From NCBI RefSeq assembly GCF_006345805.1, contig NC_043004.1, forward strand, positions 30,566,001 to 30,630,000: a stretch of 64,000 nucleotides of DNA, written 5' to 3'. Every line of letters starts with the position of its first letter. Within the stretch, counting starts at the first letter, position 1. A program made the position numbers and the translations under genes. This stretch comes from Octopus sinensis. Lineage: Eukaryota. Shown one piece after another: positions 14,565 through 27,905 of the stretch. The notes beneath the pieces were generated by a model. That model was given only the letters and a program-made list of their open reading frames with translations, searched no databases and had not been told where the DNA came from.

Positions 14565-14765
14565 ATCGTTAGCCACTACACACATTTTTTTTCTCCCTTT
14601 TTCTCTCCTTGTTTCTCTCCTTGTTTTCTCTGTGCCCCTTTCTGTAGAAGAGCGTAGGCTCGAAGCGTAAAAGACTTTTTCTATTCCTAAGCGTTATAAT
14701 AATACATCTGTTTGTTTTGTACACCACCTGTCTTCGTCTTTTGCTTTTTTCGTAAACTCCCCCTA
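14565..14765 (+). mobile_element. Penelope-like terminal-repeat fragment (family A) with variant HHR at 14638-14673
   Basis: CTTT-CTGTAGA-A-GAGC GTAG GCTC-GAAG-CG-TA-AAAG: stems I and II and GUA site present; core substitutions at A6 and A15.1. Confidence 0.6.
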
Positions 14766-14804
14766 TATATATATATATAGTTAATCCAAACAAGAAAACA
14801 CAAA

Positions 14805-14990
14805 AAAACAAAAAAACACAACAACGCGAGGACGTGGAACAAATAAAGTATTATTGGACGCTCAGGAAAGAAGGGAAGAAGAAGGGTTTAACGTTTCGAG
14901 CGGAGCTCTTCGTCGGAAACATAGGAGAAGGAAAGATCCCGAGAAGGGAAGACAGAGGAAAAAAATCGCCAACGGTACTCACGAGGTCAT
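14805..14990 (-). mobile_element. Penelope-like terminal-repeat fragment (family B) with variant HHR at 14886-14920
   Basis: Minus strand GTTT-CCGACGA-A-GAGC TCC GCTC-GAAA-CG-TT-AAAC; second decayed copy at ~53790-53960. Confidence 0.6.
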
Positions 14991-15750
14991 ATATATATAT
15001 ATATATATACACACACAAAGAGAAAGAGAGAGAGATGCATGTATAAATGAATGTACGTACGTACGTATGTATGCATGTATGTATAATTATATATGTGCAA
15101 TTATATGCATTTTATGCAAGGACAGTGAAAGTTATAACGTACAATTCCATCTAGTGTTCATCAGCAAACTAAATGGCCTGCCAGTGTTTCAATGAAACTA
15201 CTGATCAAGCGAAAATATCAAAGCTGCTAATTGCCTTTGGTTGCCCATACATTTGGAGGTGGGAAGACGCACAGAGAAGTGAAGGGTAAGCGACAGGGAA
15301 GGCATGTAAAGGAGACAATGCCTATTATATTTAGATATTTATAGATATTAAAGCAGATAAATTTAGTTAAATTTTGGTTGTATTTTGAGCTTATCACAGT
15401 GCATGTCCTATACACATGGAAATAGTTGTTATAACTGACTTACTAAATAAATGAATATACGAGGTGGCCCATTAGTTAGAGTAGGAAACTAGAATTGTTT
15501 AGAAATTAATTCAAAACAGTCAGACTTATTTTTTCACTAGTTTAGATGGAACAATGCTTTCCTGAGTTTATGCTAACACATTAATCACAGTAATTTTTTT
15601 CCACTTGGTTACTTATTTTATCGATATCATTTTTACGTGCCACTAACGCAGGGTACGTAATGGGAAACAGCATTAACGCTATTACATAAAAAAAATGTAA
15701 ACATAACTACAGACATATACACACACATATATATATACAAGTATATATAT

Positions 15751-16958
15751 TGTTACGGAACGGACGGAATCGCCCGCCGTCGTCGCTCGTCCCGAACGGC
15801 TCACACAAGTTCCGCCACGGAACCCAAAGAGGCGGAGAGAGGAGATACAGATAGATACTGTCACAACCTCAACAGCACAGAGATACAGAGGCACAACCCG
15901 AGATACAACCCAAAGAGAGGCAAGGCAACAACTGGCAACACTGGCTTATATTCAAACAACAGTTTATACGACAATCAATTGCTACACATCAAATACATTT
16001 AAGGCAAACAACAAATCAATACATCATACGGTATACCACAGATCAAAGCATTTAACAACATGCATGTAACAATATAACAGTGTTCAGTAACGACACAACA
16101 AGTCCAGATCAAATAATGTTCACGATACGTCACAGTCCAATCAGAACACTTCGATACATTATACAATGTTCGTATCACAACAATTCACGTTACAATTCAA
16201 CAAGTCCTTTACTCAATTCACAATGTTCTTTATCGACTACATCGACAGAGTCCTTCTTTTTAAACACCACAGATTAAGTCACATCAACACATACCTCAAT
16301 TCCTAACTGAATCGCCAGTGTCCCATTCTGCACTCATCTCCTAATACTGCTAAATCCTCTGAATACTCTGCTAATTCCCCTCTGTGCATATTCCAATCGC
16401 TTGCTCCTAGGCCTCCTCGCATCCCAGCTCGCTCCCAGGAATTCCAACGCTTGCTCCTTAAATCCAAGGTTCCATCCACTCGCTCTGACCTCCAGAGTCC
16501 GTCTCTCTTCTTCGACGACCAGCCACGAACTGCCAGACCTCACTTCGTCTCTGTCCTTCTTCCACTACCTCAGTCTATATCGCTCTTACCCTTTCTAACT
16601 GCTCTCTTAGCCTTATACTCTATCTCTATTCTCAATCTGTCCCTTACTGCTTATCCTTTCTATTTGCCCTCTGCTCTTACTCTATCGCTATTGCCTGCCA
16701 GACTCTTAGCCTCTCCATCCGTCCCTTACTGCTTATACTCTATCTCTATTTGCTCTCAGCCCTTAATCTGTCCCTTTTCTTTCACATTCTCCTGACCCTC
16801 TTCTCAGCCGCACGAGGTCACAGGTCATTCCAAAACCCATTAGTCCTCCATTAGACAAAAGACTGTCACATTTTCACCAGACATACTGGAACCATATCCA
16901 CGATGTGGGTCACCAGAACACTACACTAATTAAACCCGAAATGCACTTAGCCAACCGT

Positions 16959-16962
<4 letters not shown>
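15751..16962 (-). mobile_element. Solo LTR (1212 bp)
   Basis: 8-bp inverted termini TGTTACGG...CCGTAACA, flanked by atat on both sides within a TA tract; no coding sequence; orientation tentative. Confidence 0.75.
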
Positions 16963-16999
<37 letters not shown>

Positions 17000-18400
17000 G
17001 GTATGTAGAAAAATACAACATGACAAGAACGTATAACTCATAGAAGACGATACAATAAACATGGACAGGACATTCGAACCCCTCAGTCTTCAGTCAAGAA
17101 CCGATCATCGTAGTAATTTCGGCTGATTAATCTTGAGATTACTAGATCACGGCCAGCCCTCCAAGAAAAACTAAGCAACGAGCATTAGAAAAACTAAGCT
17201 GAAGCGTAGATTTCCTGGAAGAAGGATCGAATGCATACGAACACCAGGACAGCAAAGGGGACATATATAAAAAAACAAAAAACAATAATGGAATACAGAA
17301 ACATGAAATACAGAAGCATTACGGTGAAAACAACAAGTGTCTTACGACTGATAACAAGCAACAAATTTTTTCTCTGGCGCATTGGAAAAAGCCTTTACAG
17401 CGGCGGACGAACAACAACGATGTTAACACGACGAGGGTCAGGAGCTGAAAGGCAGATTTCGCCAACAGTCACGTGACAGAGAAGAGGGAAAGAAAAGAAA
17501 GAGAAGCAAAGGAAGAGAGAGAGAGAAAAGGGGACAAAAGCAACAAAGAGAGAAGAGAGAGAAAGAAGGAATCAGAGAGGAAAGGGATGGGTGTCGAAGA
17601 ATGACCTGTGAGTGCAGAGCGAGACAAAGAAATAGGAGGGTAGTGGAAGACTAGACCAAAGGATCAGAGGAAAGAGAAGATGAATAGAGAGAAAGTAAAA
17701 ATGAGAGAGAGAGAGAGACAAACAGAGAGTCGTACCAATTATTAAGAATATGTGTTCACATTAAAAACCAGAGTACAAGACATACAACACAAGGAATATT
17801 CCCCTTCTTCAGCTGCCCCTGCTTCGACTACTCCGTGTTTCGAAGGTAAGGGCAAGACACGACTTCGTTGAAACAGCCCTTCCCGCAAAGCAAATTAAAT
17901 AAAATTTGGGATTTTTTGCGGAGGGGTAAAAGTGGTAACAAGAACAGGACAGTAAAAACAATACAAATAAAAACAGTAAAAGACAGGACAAGGAGAATAA
18001 CACAGTAAAAACAAATGATAAGGGCTGTTAAGTCGAGACGAAAGGAAAAATTATTTTGAACGATTTCAGAAAACGGCTTACGAGAGGGACAGGGTAAGCC
18101 GTGTAGACTTGTTGAAGGCAGTAGTCAGAAAGAAAGTAACCCTCTGGTCACGTGTCAGCGACGAGAGGGAGGAGGAGGAAGAGTGAAGGAACGGTGAAAG
18201 GGAGAGAAAAAGAATAGGGAAGGGTGGGAGAGAAAACCAGAAAGGATGAAGAATAAGAGAGGGAGAGAGACAGGCAAGGAGGAAAAGTAAAGTTAAGAGT
18301 GCGCATCATAATTATTAAGATAAAACTTACTTGGAAGTGGATGCGTGACGTTCGATCATATAATAACAAAATAATAAATAAAACGAAATGGTGATGGAAG
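17000..18400 (-). mobile_element. Cluster of Penelope-like terminal/UTR fragments (families C and D)
   Basis: Segments recur at 29960-30100 and 56823-57097 (C) and at 57560-57780 and 60280-60590 (D); purine-rich blocks on the plus strand. Confidence 0.5.
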
Positions 18401-18459
18401 CAAAGTTAAAAGGTACAATGCGGAGCGAAATTAAAATTGGGATATTTATATATATTATA

Positions 18460-18520
<61 letters not shown>

Positions 18521-18622
18521 AATAATGAGGGAGAAAATTAATATTAATTTAATATCAATTTAAGACCAGTAGTCCAGCATACAAAAATCTGAGAAGTCAG
18601 AGAAAATTCTAATATATGTGTA

Positions 18623-18937
18623 TATTGGCAGGGCTTACTGCTAGGGAGAAGGCCATATGCTAGAAATAGACCATCAATGATCAAACTACAAGGAAATTCT
18701 CTAGAGGAAAAATACAGCGAACACCAGAACTAACTTTGGCGGGCATGACAGATGAAAATTTATATAAAAAACAGAATTAAATGCATACCTCGGTTTCAGC
18801 CTTAACAAGAGAAAGTTGCCCGCCAAAGTTGGTTCTGGTGTTCGCTGTATTTCCTCTAGAGAATTTCCTTGTAGTTTGATCGTTGATGGTCTATTTCTAG
18901 CATATGGCCGACTCCCTAGCAGTAAGCCCTGCCAATA
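18623..18937. repeat. Long inverted repeat (arms 18623-18745 and 18817-18937)
   Basis: Arms are reverse-complementary with a few substitutions and small indels; 71-nt spacer. Confidence 0.9.
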
Positions 18938-18958
18938 CACACACACACACACACACAC

Positions 18959-18990
<32 letters not shown>

Positions 18991-18997
18991 ATATATA

Positions 18998-19045
<48 letters not shown>

Positions 19046-19189
19046 TATATATAAAGGAAATGAAGAAAATGCTGACAAAATAATTTGAGTAAGGGAGAGT
19101 GTATTTAATTAGGTGAAAGTTCTTTTTACCGGTTGCGCATTTGTTATGCTTATCAAAAGATAGAGTTCCTTTCTGATTGATTTTTTTCT

Positions 19190-19259
<70 letters not shown>

Positions 19260-19585
19260 CACTATTTCGAACTTTCTCCAATATTTTTACCTATACACAC
19301 GTTTTAACGTTTTTGTATTTCCATCCGGGGATTTTTCAAAACTCTATTAACTTACACATATGTATTTTTAATATGTATTTATTTATAGATTTAAAACGAA
19401 AATGTATATCATGTACATTTGTCTTTTATATCCATCACTAATCGGAGTCATATTTGCGGATTGAATTACCAGATCTTTTGCTCTTTCACACATTATATAT
19501 GTGTGTGTGTGTGTGCGCGCGCGCGCGTGTGTGTGATTGTATATATATATATATATGTGTATATAAATATACATATATATGTGTA

Positions 19586-19619
<34 letters not shown>

Positions 19620-19659
19620 CAAATATATATAAATAATATATATATTTATATATACGTAA

Positions 19660-19910
19660 TCTTTATTCTTTTATTTGCTTCAGTCATTTGACTGCGGCCA
19701 TGCTGGAGCACCCGCCTTTAGTCGAACAGATCCACCCCAGAACTTATTCTTTGTAAGCCTAGTACTTATTCTATTGGTCTCTTTTCCCGAAACGCTATAT
19801 TACGGGGACGTAAACACACCAGCATCGGTTGTCAAGCGATGGTGGGGGACAAGCACAGACACACAAACATACACACACACATGAACACCCACCCACACAC
19901 ATACATATAC

Positions 19911-19942
<32 letters not shown>

Positions 19943-20085
19943 GGCGCAGGAGTAACTGTGTGGTAAGTAGCTTGCTCAACAACCACATGGTTCTGCGTGC
20001 ATCTTGGGCAAGTGTCTTCTACTATAGCTTCGGGCCCACCAAAGCCTTGTGAATGGATTAGTTAGAGGGAAACTGAAAGAAGCCC
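19660..20085. mobile_element. Two SINE halves (3' half on minus 19660-19880; 5' half on plus 19942-20085)
   Basis: Matches to the 9272-9674 family. Confidence 0.85.
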
Positions 20086-20150
20086 GCCCTATATATATAT
20101 ATATATATAGGCGGGCTTCTTTCAGTATATATATATATACACACACACAC

Positions 20151-20213
<63 letters not shown>

Positions 20214-20240
20214 ACACACAACACACATATAATATATATA

Positions 20241-20278
<38 letters not shown>

Positions 20279-20374
20279 GGATTAAACACATAAATGTGAA
20301 ACAAGGTGGAAAAAAGAGTACTCAAATACCAGTGGTAGAGTAATATGTTTTATTTAAAGCAGCAGAAAATTCAA

Positions 20375-20424
20375 CAAAATCTGTTACTCTGAGTTTCTCG
20401 TTGCCGTTCATCAGACAGTTTTTG
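20375..20424 (-). ncRNA. Type I hammerhead ribozyme motif
   Basis: CAAAA-A-CUGU CUGAUGA A CG GCAA CG A GAAA CUCAGAG UA ACAG-A-UUUUG. Confidence 0.7.
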
Positions 20425-20570
20425 CTAGAATGGAACCGATATATCAATTCAATCCAGACTCTTACAAACGCTAGACCTTTAAAAAAAAGGACTTGTTTGA
20501 TTGGCCCTTTAGAAATAACGGTCAATCTTCGAGCGATAAACAAAAAATTGATATATCGGTTCCATTCTAG

Positions 20571-20620
20571 CAAAAACTGTCTGATGAACGGCAACGGGAA
20601 ACTCAGAGTAACAGATTTTG
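20571..20620 (+). ncRNA. Type I hammerhead ribozyme motif
   Basis: CAAAA-A-CUGU CUGAUGA A CG GCAA CG G GAAA CUCAGAG UA ACAG-A-UUUUG; intact core, near-palindromic stem III ACUC-A-GAGU, GUA site. Confidence 0.7.
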
Positions 20621-20646
20621 TTGAATTTTCTGCTGCTTTAAATAAA

Positions 20647-20725
<79 letters not shown>

Positions 20726-21094
20726 TATTATCGTATTTCGGAATGGTCATTTTGTTTTTGCCAAAGAAACACATGCGTGTGTATATTTGCTTCTCCCCAC
20801 ACCCACCAAATATATATGACCATCCCGATATAGAACAATATCTGTTTCAATACATGACTTCACGTCAGGAATCTTGCAACACAAATTCATAAATGTGTGT
20901 AGCCACTAAACCTTTTTCTATTTTCTCTCCCTTTTATTTCTGAGTTCCTTTCTGTCGAAGATTGTCGGCTCAAAACGTAAAAGACTTTCTCACTTCCCGA
21001 ACGTGAAACTAATTCATCTGTTTGTTGTTTACACACCCGTCTGCGTCTTTTTTGCATTTTTGTAAATTCTCACTACAAATATAAATATATATAA

Positions 21095-21134
<40 letters not shown>

Positions 21135-21201
21135 AGAGTCACGTATATATATATAAAGATGAGATGACAAAGGAATAAGAGATTATCTTATGAACTTCAT
21201 T

Positions 21202-21280
21202 AGCTTTCAACTGTTTCTGCTATAAGATGCAGTGGACTCAGCTGAGTGCTTGAGTTACACCTTATTGCTTCATCGGAGCC
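21202..21280 (-). ncRNA. Degenerate hammerhead with long stem II
   Basis: GGCU CCGAUGA A [long hairpin] A GAAA CAGUUG AA AGCU; U4 and U16.1 mutated; homologous to 53370-53449. Confidence 0.45.
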
Positions 21281-22176
21281 TCACACATATACATACATAC
21301 GTACATACATGCATACATATATACATACATACATACATGCCAACAAACGCGCATACATGCCAACATACGCGCATACATACATGCCAACATACGCGCATAT
21401 ATACATGCACACACATACACATTTAAATACATTTATACTCTCACGCACACCACATGCACTCATTTGTTTGATCTCCATCTGACACTCTTCCATGATATGA
21501 CGATTTCCTCTTATCAGCACTCTTTTTTATTTAAAAAAAAAATTCTATCACCATCAAACTGTATAATATACTGTGCTAGGCTCCTATAATCATTTTTGGG
21601 TCTGATGCGGGAAATTGATCTCGGCCTCGTAGCCTCACAAATTACTTGATCAGCTTCACCATGTTCCCGCCGGTCACAGCATTAAGCTTTAACCCCCACT
21701 ATGATAACGATTTACGACGTGTTTAATAGTTAAGTGTTTTATTGATCATAGGCACAGCTCAATGACATGTAAGGAATGTCAACTATGTGTATCGAGGCAG
21801 GTATCTTATCGATCCTCTCTCAAAAACACTGAATGGTGAATTATATTCTCTGGACAAATTATACGAAACACCTCCATCAATAATCGTTCGTTGTTCTTTC
21901 ATTTCAAAATGGCAGAAAGGCAATGCAAAAAAAGAAGAAAAAAGGGTAAAATTATTATTGAGTAAGACACGATGGTAATAGCACATATGTTGGAAGTATT
22001 GAATGTGTAACACAATCAGTAATTACAAGGTTTAACATCAAAACAACGACGACCGTGTTTTTGTTTCGTTTACCACTGGAATTGTTGCCTTTTCCGCTTA
22101 TTTTCAATGATAGCGTTTAAGAATTTGATCTTTGTCTCTCTCTCTCTCATGCACGCACGCACATGCATACTCCACC

Positions 22177-22226
<50 letters not shown>

Positions 22227-23041
22227 ATATATATACACGAGCAAAACTCGCCCCGTCCAATAGACGGTGCTGAGTTGTCAAGCATTTAAACCAAATTTTC
22301 TCAAAACAACTTGTCCGACCGTCCCATAGGCCTCCCCTTTGAGAAACACTGATTTAACCTAAATTTAAGACACCAGCAAAAGAAGAAATAAAGATAGACT
22401 TTTTTTTTCTATTCCAAAGAAAAACAATTTTATTCACACAAATATGCAACCGAAGAGTTTAAAGTACCAGTAGTGATAAGGCTGTTGACTGGGAGAACAT
22501 AAACATTGCTTAAAAGGTAAGTTTGGCGGGAAAGAAACGTGCCTTTAAGCAGTACAAAAACAACAAAAATGGAAGGTGCAGTTATGTACAGGTTGGCAGA
22601 AGAAAAGTAGGACAAAAACGATTCATGGAAATGGGTTAGCTGGAGGTAAATCTAGACGGGAAAGCATGATGAATTTATGAGAACGTATCTGGGACAATAA
22701 TCTGTTTATCCGATAAAACATGTAGGAAATCAACTTGGGGCGATTTTTGATGAAAAGCAACAACCTAGTAACTAATTTTATTATTTCAAGCCAGCCGGCT
22801 TTTTTTGCGCAAACTGCACGTGCATTTTTCTCGCGTACGCACAGTATCGATCGCTGATCTACTTGCGCATACAAATGCACGTTCCCACAGTTTTATCGAT
22901 CGTATTCTCACCTGGAATCGATTTTTGTAACTTTTTTCAAGACTTATACACGCCCTGATACCGTCCGTATCTACATATCAAATTTAACCGCAATCGGATG
23001 GAGGATGCCCAAAGTCTTAGAAGACACACACACACACAACG

Positions 23042-23094
<53 letters not shown>

Positions 23095-23278
23095 ACGGAC
23101 TTCCTACTGTGCCCGTCTGCCAACCGAATTAATTCACTAGACATAAGTTGGTTTTAGAAGCTCTTGTAGAAGATACTTGCCCCAGATACCACACAGTAGG
23201 ACAGAATGCGAGAATACGAAAACCTGTCGTTGTGAAACGAGCATCTGAATTACTAAGCCACATACATATATACATGCG

Positions 23279-23354
<76 letters not shown>

Positions 23355-23972
23355 TTGTGTGTGTGTGTTGTGTGTGTGTGTGTGTATGTGTTTGTGTGTG
23401 TATGTGTGTGTGTGTGCTCCTATTTACAGCTGGGAAGACTGTAATCCCTTGAGATTTAAATATCTTCAAAATTAACCCCATACAGTGATGATAACAGGAT
23501 ACGAATCGGTGGCCATTCAACCGAGCATCTGGTTCTCTATCGACTTGGCTATCCAACTTTGAAGATTATTGAACCCAAGATAGGTAAATGTTAGAAATAT
23601 TTCTTCAGCACCTCATAGGAGATATGATATGACCGCGCAGCATGAAATATGACGAGAAAATGCCATATTATATAGTATTAATATTTTATATGAAATATTA
23701 CATAAAAAATAGTAAGTGAAATGTGACAGAAATAGAATCCGAAATATGACAAACTACAATATGAATTATTATCTAATAATGCAATTTGAAATATGACAAA
23801 TATACTATATGAAGTATGACAAATATAATATACGAAATCATTACAACTTTTGTGAAACCTGTCTGTAACATTACTTTCAGTTTGGGGTCACAACTCCCTC
23901 TTCTCTGTCCGTTTGCCTGACTGCCTGTATTTAGGTATGTGTATGTATGTATGTATGTATGAATGTATACAG

Positions 23973-24019
<47 letters not shown>

Positions 24020-24217
24020 TTCTCAACGCGGTTGTAAAGACTTAACCAACCACTTTAGAAAATAAAAAAAAATTCACCAGCGAAGTAAGTTTACTGTTAA
24101 ATGGAAAGAATATTTCTAATTTCCATTTAAAAAATATTTTTAAAAAAACTTACGTAAAAATATTTGCCTTTCTCTGTTAAATTTTAATGAGTCACTTTCT
24201 TCACAATAAGAAATGCC

Positions 24218-24262
<45 letters not shown>

Positions 24263-24610
24263 ATTTATATAATTTATCTACCTACCAACTTACCTATCTA
24301 TCCATCAATCAATCAATCAGTCAATCAATCACTGCTTTTACCTCGATTGTCACCCATTACTCAAGTATCCTAGACGTTTCTCAGGCACTGTCCGCTTCAG
24401 TTTCAGAAAGTTGTTGAATAAATATTTTCTTACAGTCATTTTAAAATTCATTTTATTATTATTATTATTGAACAACTGAAGAACAAGTGATTTCATGAAG
24501 TTAACGGAAGCGACCTAGCGGTAGCGTTCCATCATTTTTGTACCCACCAATCTATCATCAAATAGACTCTCGTCTTTCTCTCGCTCTCTACCTATGTGTG
24601 TGTATGTATG

Positions 24611-26844
24611 TTCTCTTCTGCATTTTATTATTAGAAATCTTCCTCTGGGGAAGATCTCTAATAACAAAGATACAAAGTTTCGTCATTGGAATGTAGATAG
24701 TTAAAAGAAATTTATATTCTAATCTTGAGAAAAGCCTTGCATATTTTTGGTGTTCCGCTTACAAATTATGTTCATAATGTGCGAATTAGCCAGTTGTTAT
24801 TTCTCTTTTTTTTAGAAACCATAGTTTATCCAAATTGTCACTTAAGCATTTTACTCATAAAACCAAGTTCATCAATTACTCTCTTTTACTCTTTTACTTG
24901 TTTCAGTCATTTGACTGCGGCCATACTGGAGCACCGCCTTTAATCGAGCAACTCCACCCCTGCACTTATTCTTTTGTAAGCCTAGTACTTATTCTATCGG
25001 TCTCTTTTGCCGAACCGCTAAGTAACGGGGACATAAACACACCAGCATCGGTTGTCAAGCAATGCTAGGGGGACAAACACAAACACACACACGCATATAT
25101 ACATATATACGACAGGCTTCTTTCAGTTTCCGTCTACCAAATCCACTCACAAGGCATTGGTCGGCCCGGGGCTAAGACACTTGCCCAAGATGCCACGCAG
25201 TGGGACTGAACCCGGAACCATGTGGTTTGTAGGCAAGCTACTTACCACACAGCCACTCCTGCGCCTATTAGTATATATATGAATTTATAATCTGGATATA
25301 GAAACTGGAGGTTTCGAAGCAGTTGTCGATAGTTATCCTCTTCCTCTTAGATTTTCGAAGAGATATCCATATCAGCAGGACAGCTGCTCTCTATGACGTT
25401 ATATACTGTTTCTTGTCCGTCCCAAACAACAATATCCGGCTTGTCATGCTTACACTTGACAGATATTTTAATGGGAAGGTTCAACGAATATTCATTGTGT
25501 TGATGTTTGTACATATATTCAATAACAGGGGATTCTCTACATTTATTCCAAAAACAGTCTTCGTTCCTTCTTAAAAAGTGCCTGTCAATACCATTGTTTC
25601 TGTGGAGATTTCCAGTTGACATCAGTATCTTTCAAGTTTAACGTCTACAGAGAGGATTTCCTCTGCAGACAAGTCAAGTATCCTAGATGTTGAAATCAGC
25701 GCTGGTACTGCAAATGCATTGTGGGATATTGTCTTTAAGTCTTGCATAATAATCTCGGATCACTCCAGCTTTATTCACAGTACTTTTGCATTCACAGTAC
25801 CGAGGTATGGATGTTTTCATCTATACCTCGGTACTTTTAGCATTTTTTTTTGTGCGCGGCAGGAGAGATAGTGAGACCGTTGATGAAGGGGTTTGAGTCT
25901 GAGAGACTGATAACCTCTGGTCAACAATTAAATATAAACATTACTTCTGACCAGATTCCATAATTATATCAGCTGAATATGCTGTTAATAACTCCAGCAG
26001 TGTTTTGATATTGCTAACATCTTTAGCATAAAACTTCAGGTCATCTACAAAGAAATTATGGGTTACATTAATATCTCTAGCAGCTGCAGACCCCAGCATG
26101 TGGCCATTTGATTTCTGTAGCCGGAATGATAATGGATTTAATGCCAAAATGAACAGAATTACAGGAAGTCCTTGGAATATTCCTTTTGAAATATTTATAA
26201 CATAACATCGTTCTTACTCTCAGTCGTAAGTGTAAGAATTTGTCCATGTCTTTGTCGGCCTCTTATTAGCAGCAAATTAAGTGAAAGGTACTGTTACCAA
26301 ATGTTGACACTTCAGCAGCTCTGAGTGGGATATAGAAACGGACGCCTTTCTATAACCAGGTTATATTGTTGCAAGTCTTGTACGGCGTTTTCAGGTAGTA
26401 CAGCTTTGGTTACCACCTGCCTGTTCATCAGTTATTATGATGTTGAATTCACAATGATCTTGAAGGAATTGGTCGAGGCAGCATGTGTACTATTTATACA
26501 TAATGTTTTACTAAGCAATGAACCTGCAGTTTTTCTGCCAACTCGATGCCACAAGATTCCTTCGACTATAGAAACCAATTTGATATGTCAATCTGACCTT
26601 CCATAGTCCTTTTGAATGTACATATTAATGGTTTTCTGTAGAATGTCAGCCTCTTGTACCAAAATCCAACTATTTGTTCTCTTCTACGTGCCTTACCATT
26701 GTGTTCTTTGCCTACAGCTATTAAAAAGGTTTCTGGGTCAAATGTGTATGATTTACTATCGATGTTGATACAGTATTCTCTCATATCTGTATGTAGCCAC
26801 GATGCTTTTGAATTGAAAACCCTGCTCATTCCAGGATTTAGATT
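24611..26844 (-). mobile_element. R4/Dong-clade RLE LINE copy 2, interrupted by a SINE at 24878-25266
   Basis: NFFVDDLKFY, GIDRHF, KCKHDKPDIVVWD...IESSCPAD; C-terminal GTPKICKAFLK and 3'UTR continue at 24611-24877. Confidence 0.85.
24878..25266 (-). mobile_element. Full-length octopus-type SINE
   Basis: Same family as 9272-9674. Confidence 0.9.
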
Positions 26845-27365
26845 ATGTATGTTGTATGTATGTATGTATGTATGTATGTATGTATGTATGTTTGTTTGTA
26901 TATATGTATTATGTTTGTACGTATGTATGCATGTATGTATGTGTGTATGTATATCTTTGTATGTATGTTTGTATGTATGTTTGTATGTTTGCATGTATGT
27001 ATGTATGTATGTATGTTCGTATGTTTGTATGTATGTATGTATGTATGTATGTATGTATGTATGTATGTATGTATGTTTGTTTGTATATATGTATTATGTT
27101 TGTACGTATGTATGCATGTATGTATGTGTGTTTGTATGTGTGTATGTATATCTTTGTATGTATGTTTGTATGTATGTTTGTATGTTTGCATGTATGTATG
27201 TATGTATGTATGTATGTTCGTATGTTTGTATGTATGTATATATGTATGTATGTATGTATATATGTATGTATGCATGCATGTATGTATGTATGTATGCACG
27301 TATGTATGTATTTCTGAATGTATGTATGTATGTATGTATGTTTGTATGTATGTATGTATGTATGT
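26845..27365. repeat. (TATG)n compound microsatellite with internal block duplication
   Basis: Direct reading. Confidence 0.95.
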
Positions 27366-27905
27366 TCTTTTAAAAGAAGTAACTACACTACAAATTTGAA
27401 AGAAACGATTCTCCCTTCGTTAAATTTCTCTTAAAGAAGATTAGGAATAAACATTAATTTTTCTCTATTTAATTTATGTAAGTTACTTTCTTCACAATAC
27501 TACAAACATCTTCATACATGGTCAGTTATAGGTTGCTCTGGGTGAAATTGGGGATCTATCAGACGTAAAGGTTTTTGCTGGTCAAAGTCTATTTGACCAG
27601 CAAAAGATCTCGCGAGCATCCCAATTATGCGAGTATAAAATTTACTACTTATTTACTACTCTTTACTTAACTTTGTTGAATATATACCAATATTTCAATG
27701 AAACAAATTATCATTTATACTGGGCATAAAACAACGGATCAAGCACTGGTATTACTTAAAGGTATAATATGAAATATGATATGGCTGTTTCAGAGTGTAG
27801 CCGAGTCCAAAAGATAGTGGGAATGATCACATAGAAAAAAAGCCCACATACCAAACAATTTTTTTCACTAATTTCTCTTATATTACGTTTAATATTTCAT
27901 TCTTT

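Larger units (their letters stand above)
20349..20646. repeat. Long inverted repeat (101-bp arms, 1 mismatch, 96-nt spacer)
   Basis: Arms 20349-20449 and 20546-20646; only mismatch is 20398/20597. Confidence 0.95.

Noticed and set aside
22880-23035. Helitron-like terminal segment (aaatttaaccgcaatcggatg)
   Set aside because: The resemblance is from memory only; I could not identify the partner end or a diagnostic hairpin plus CTRR
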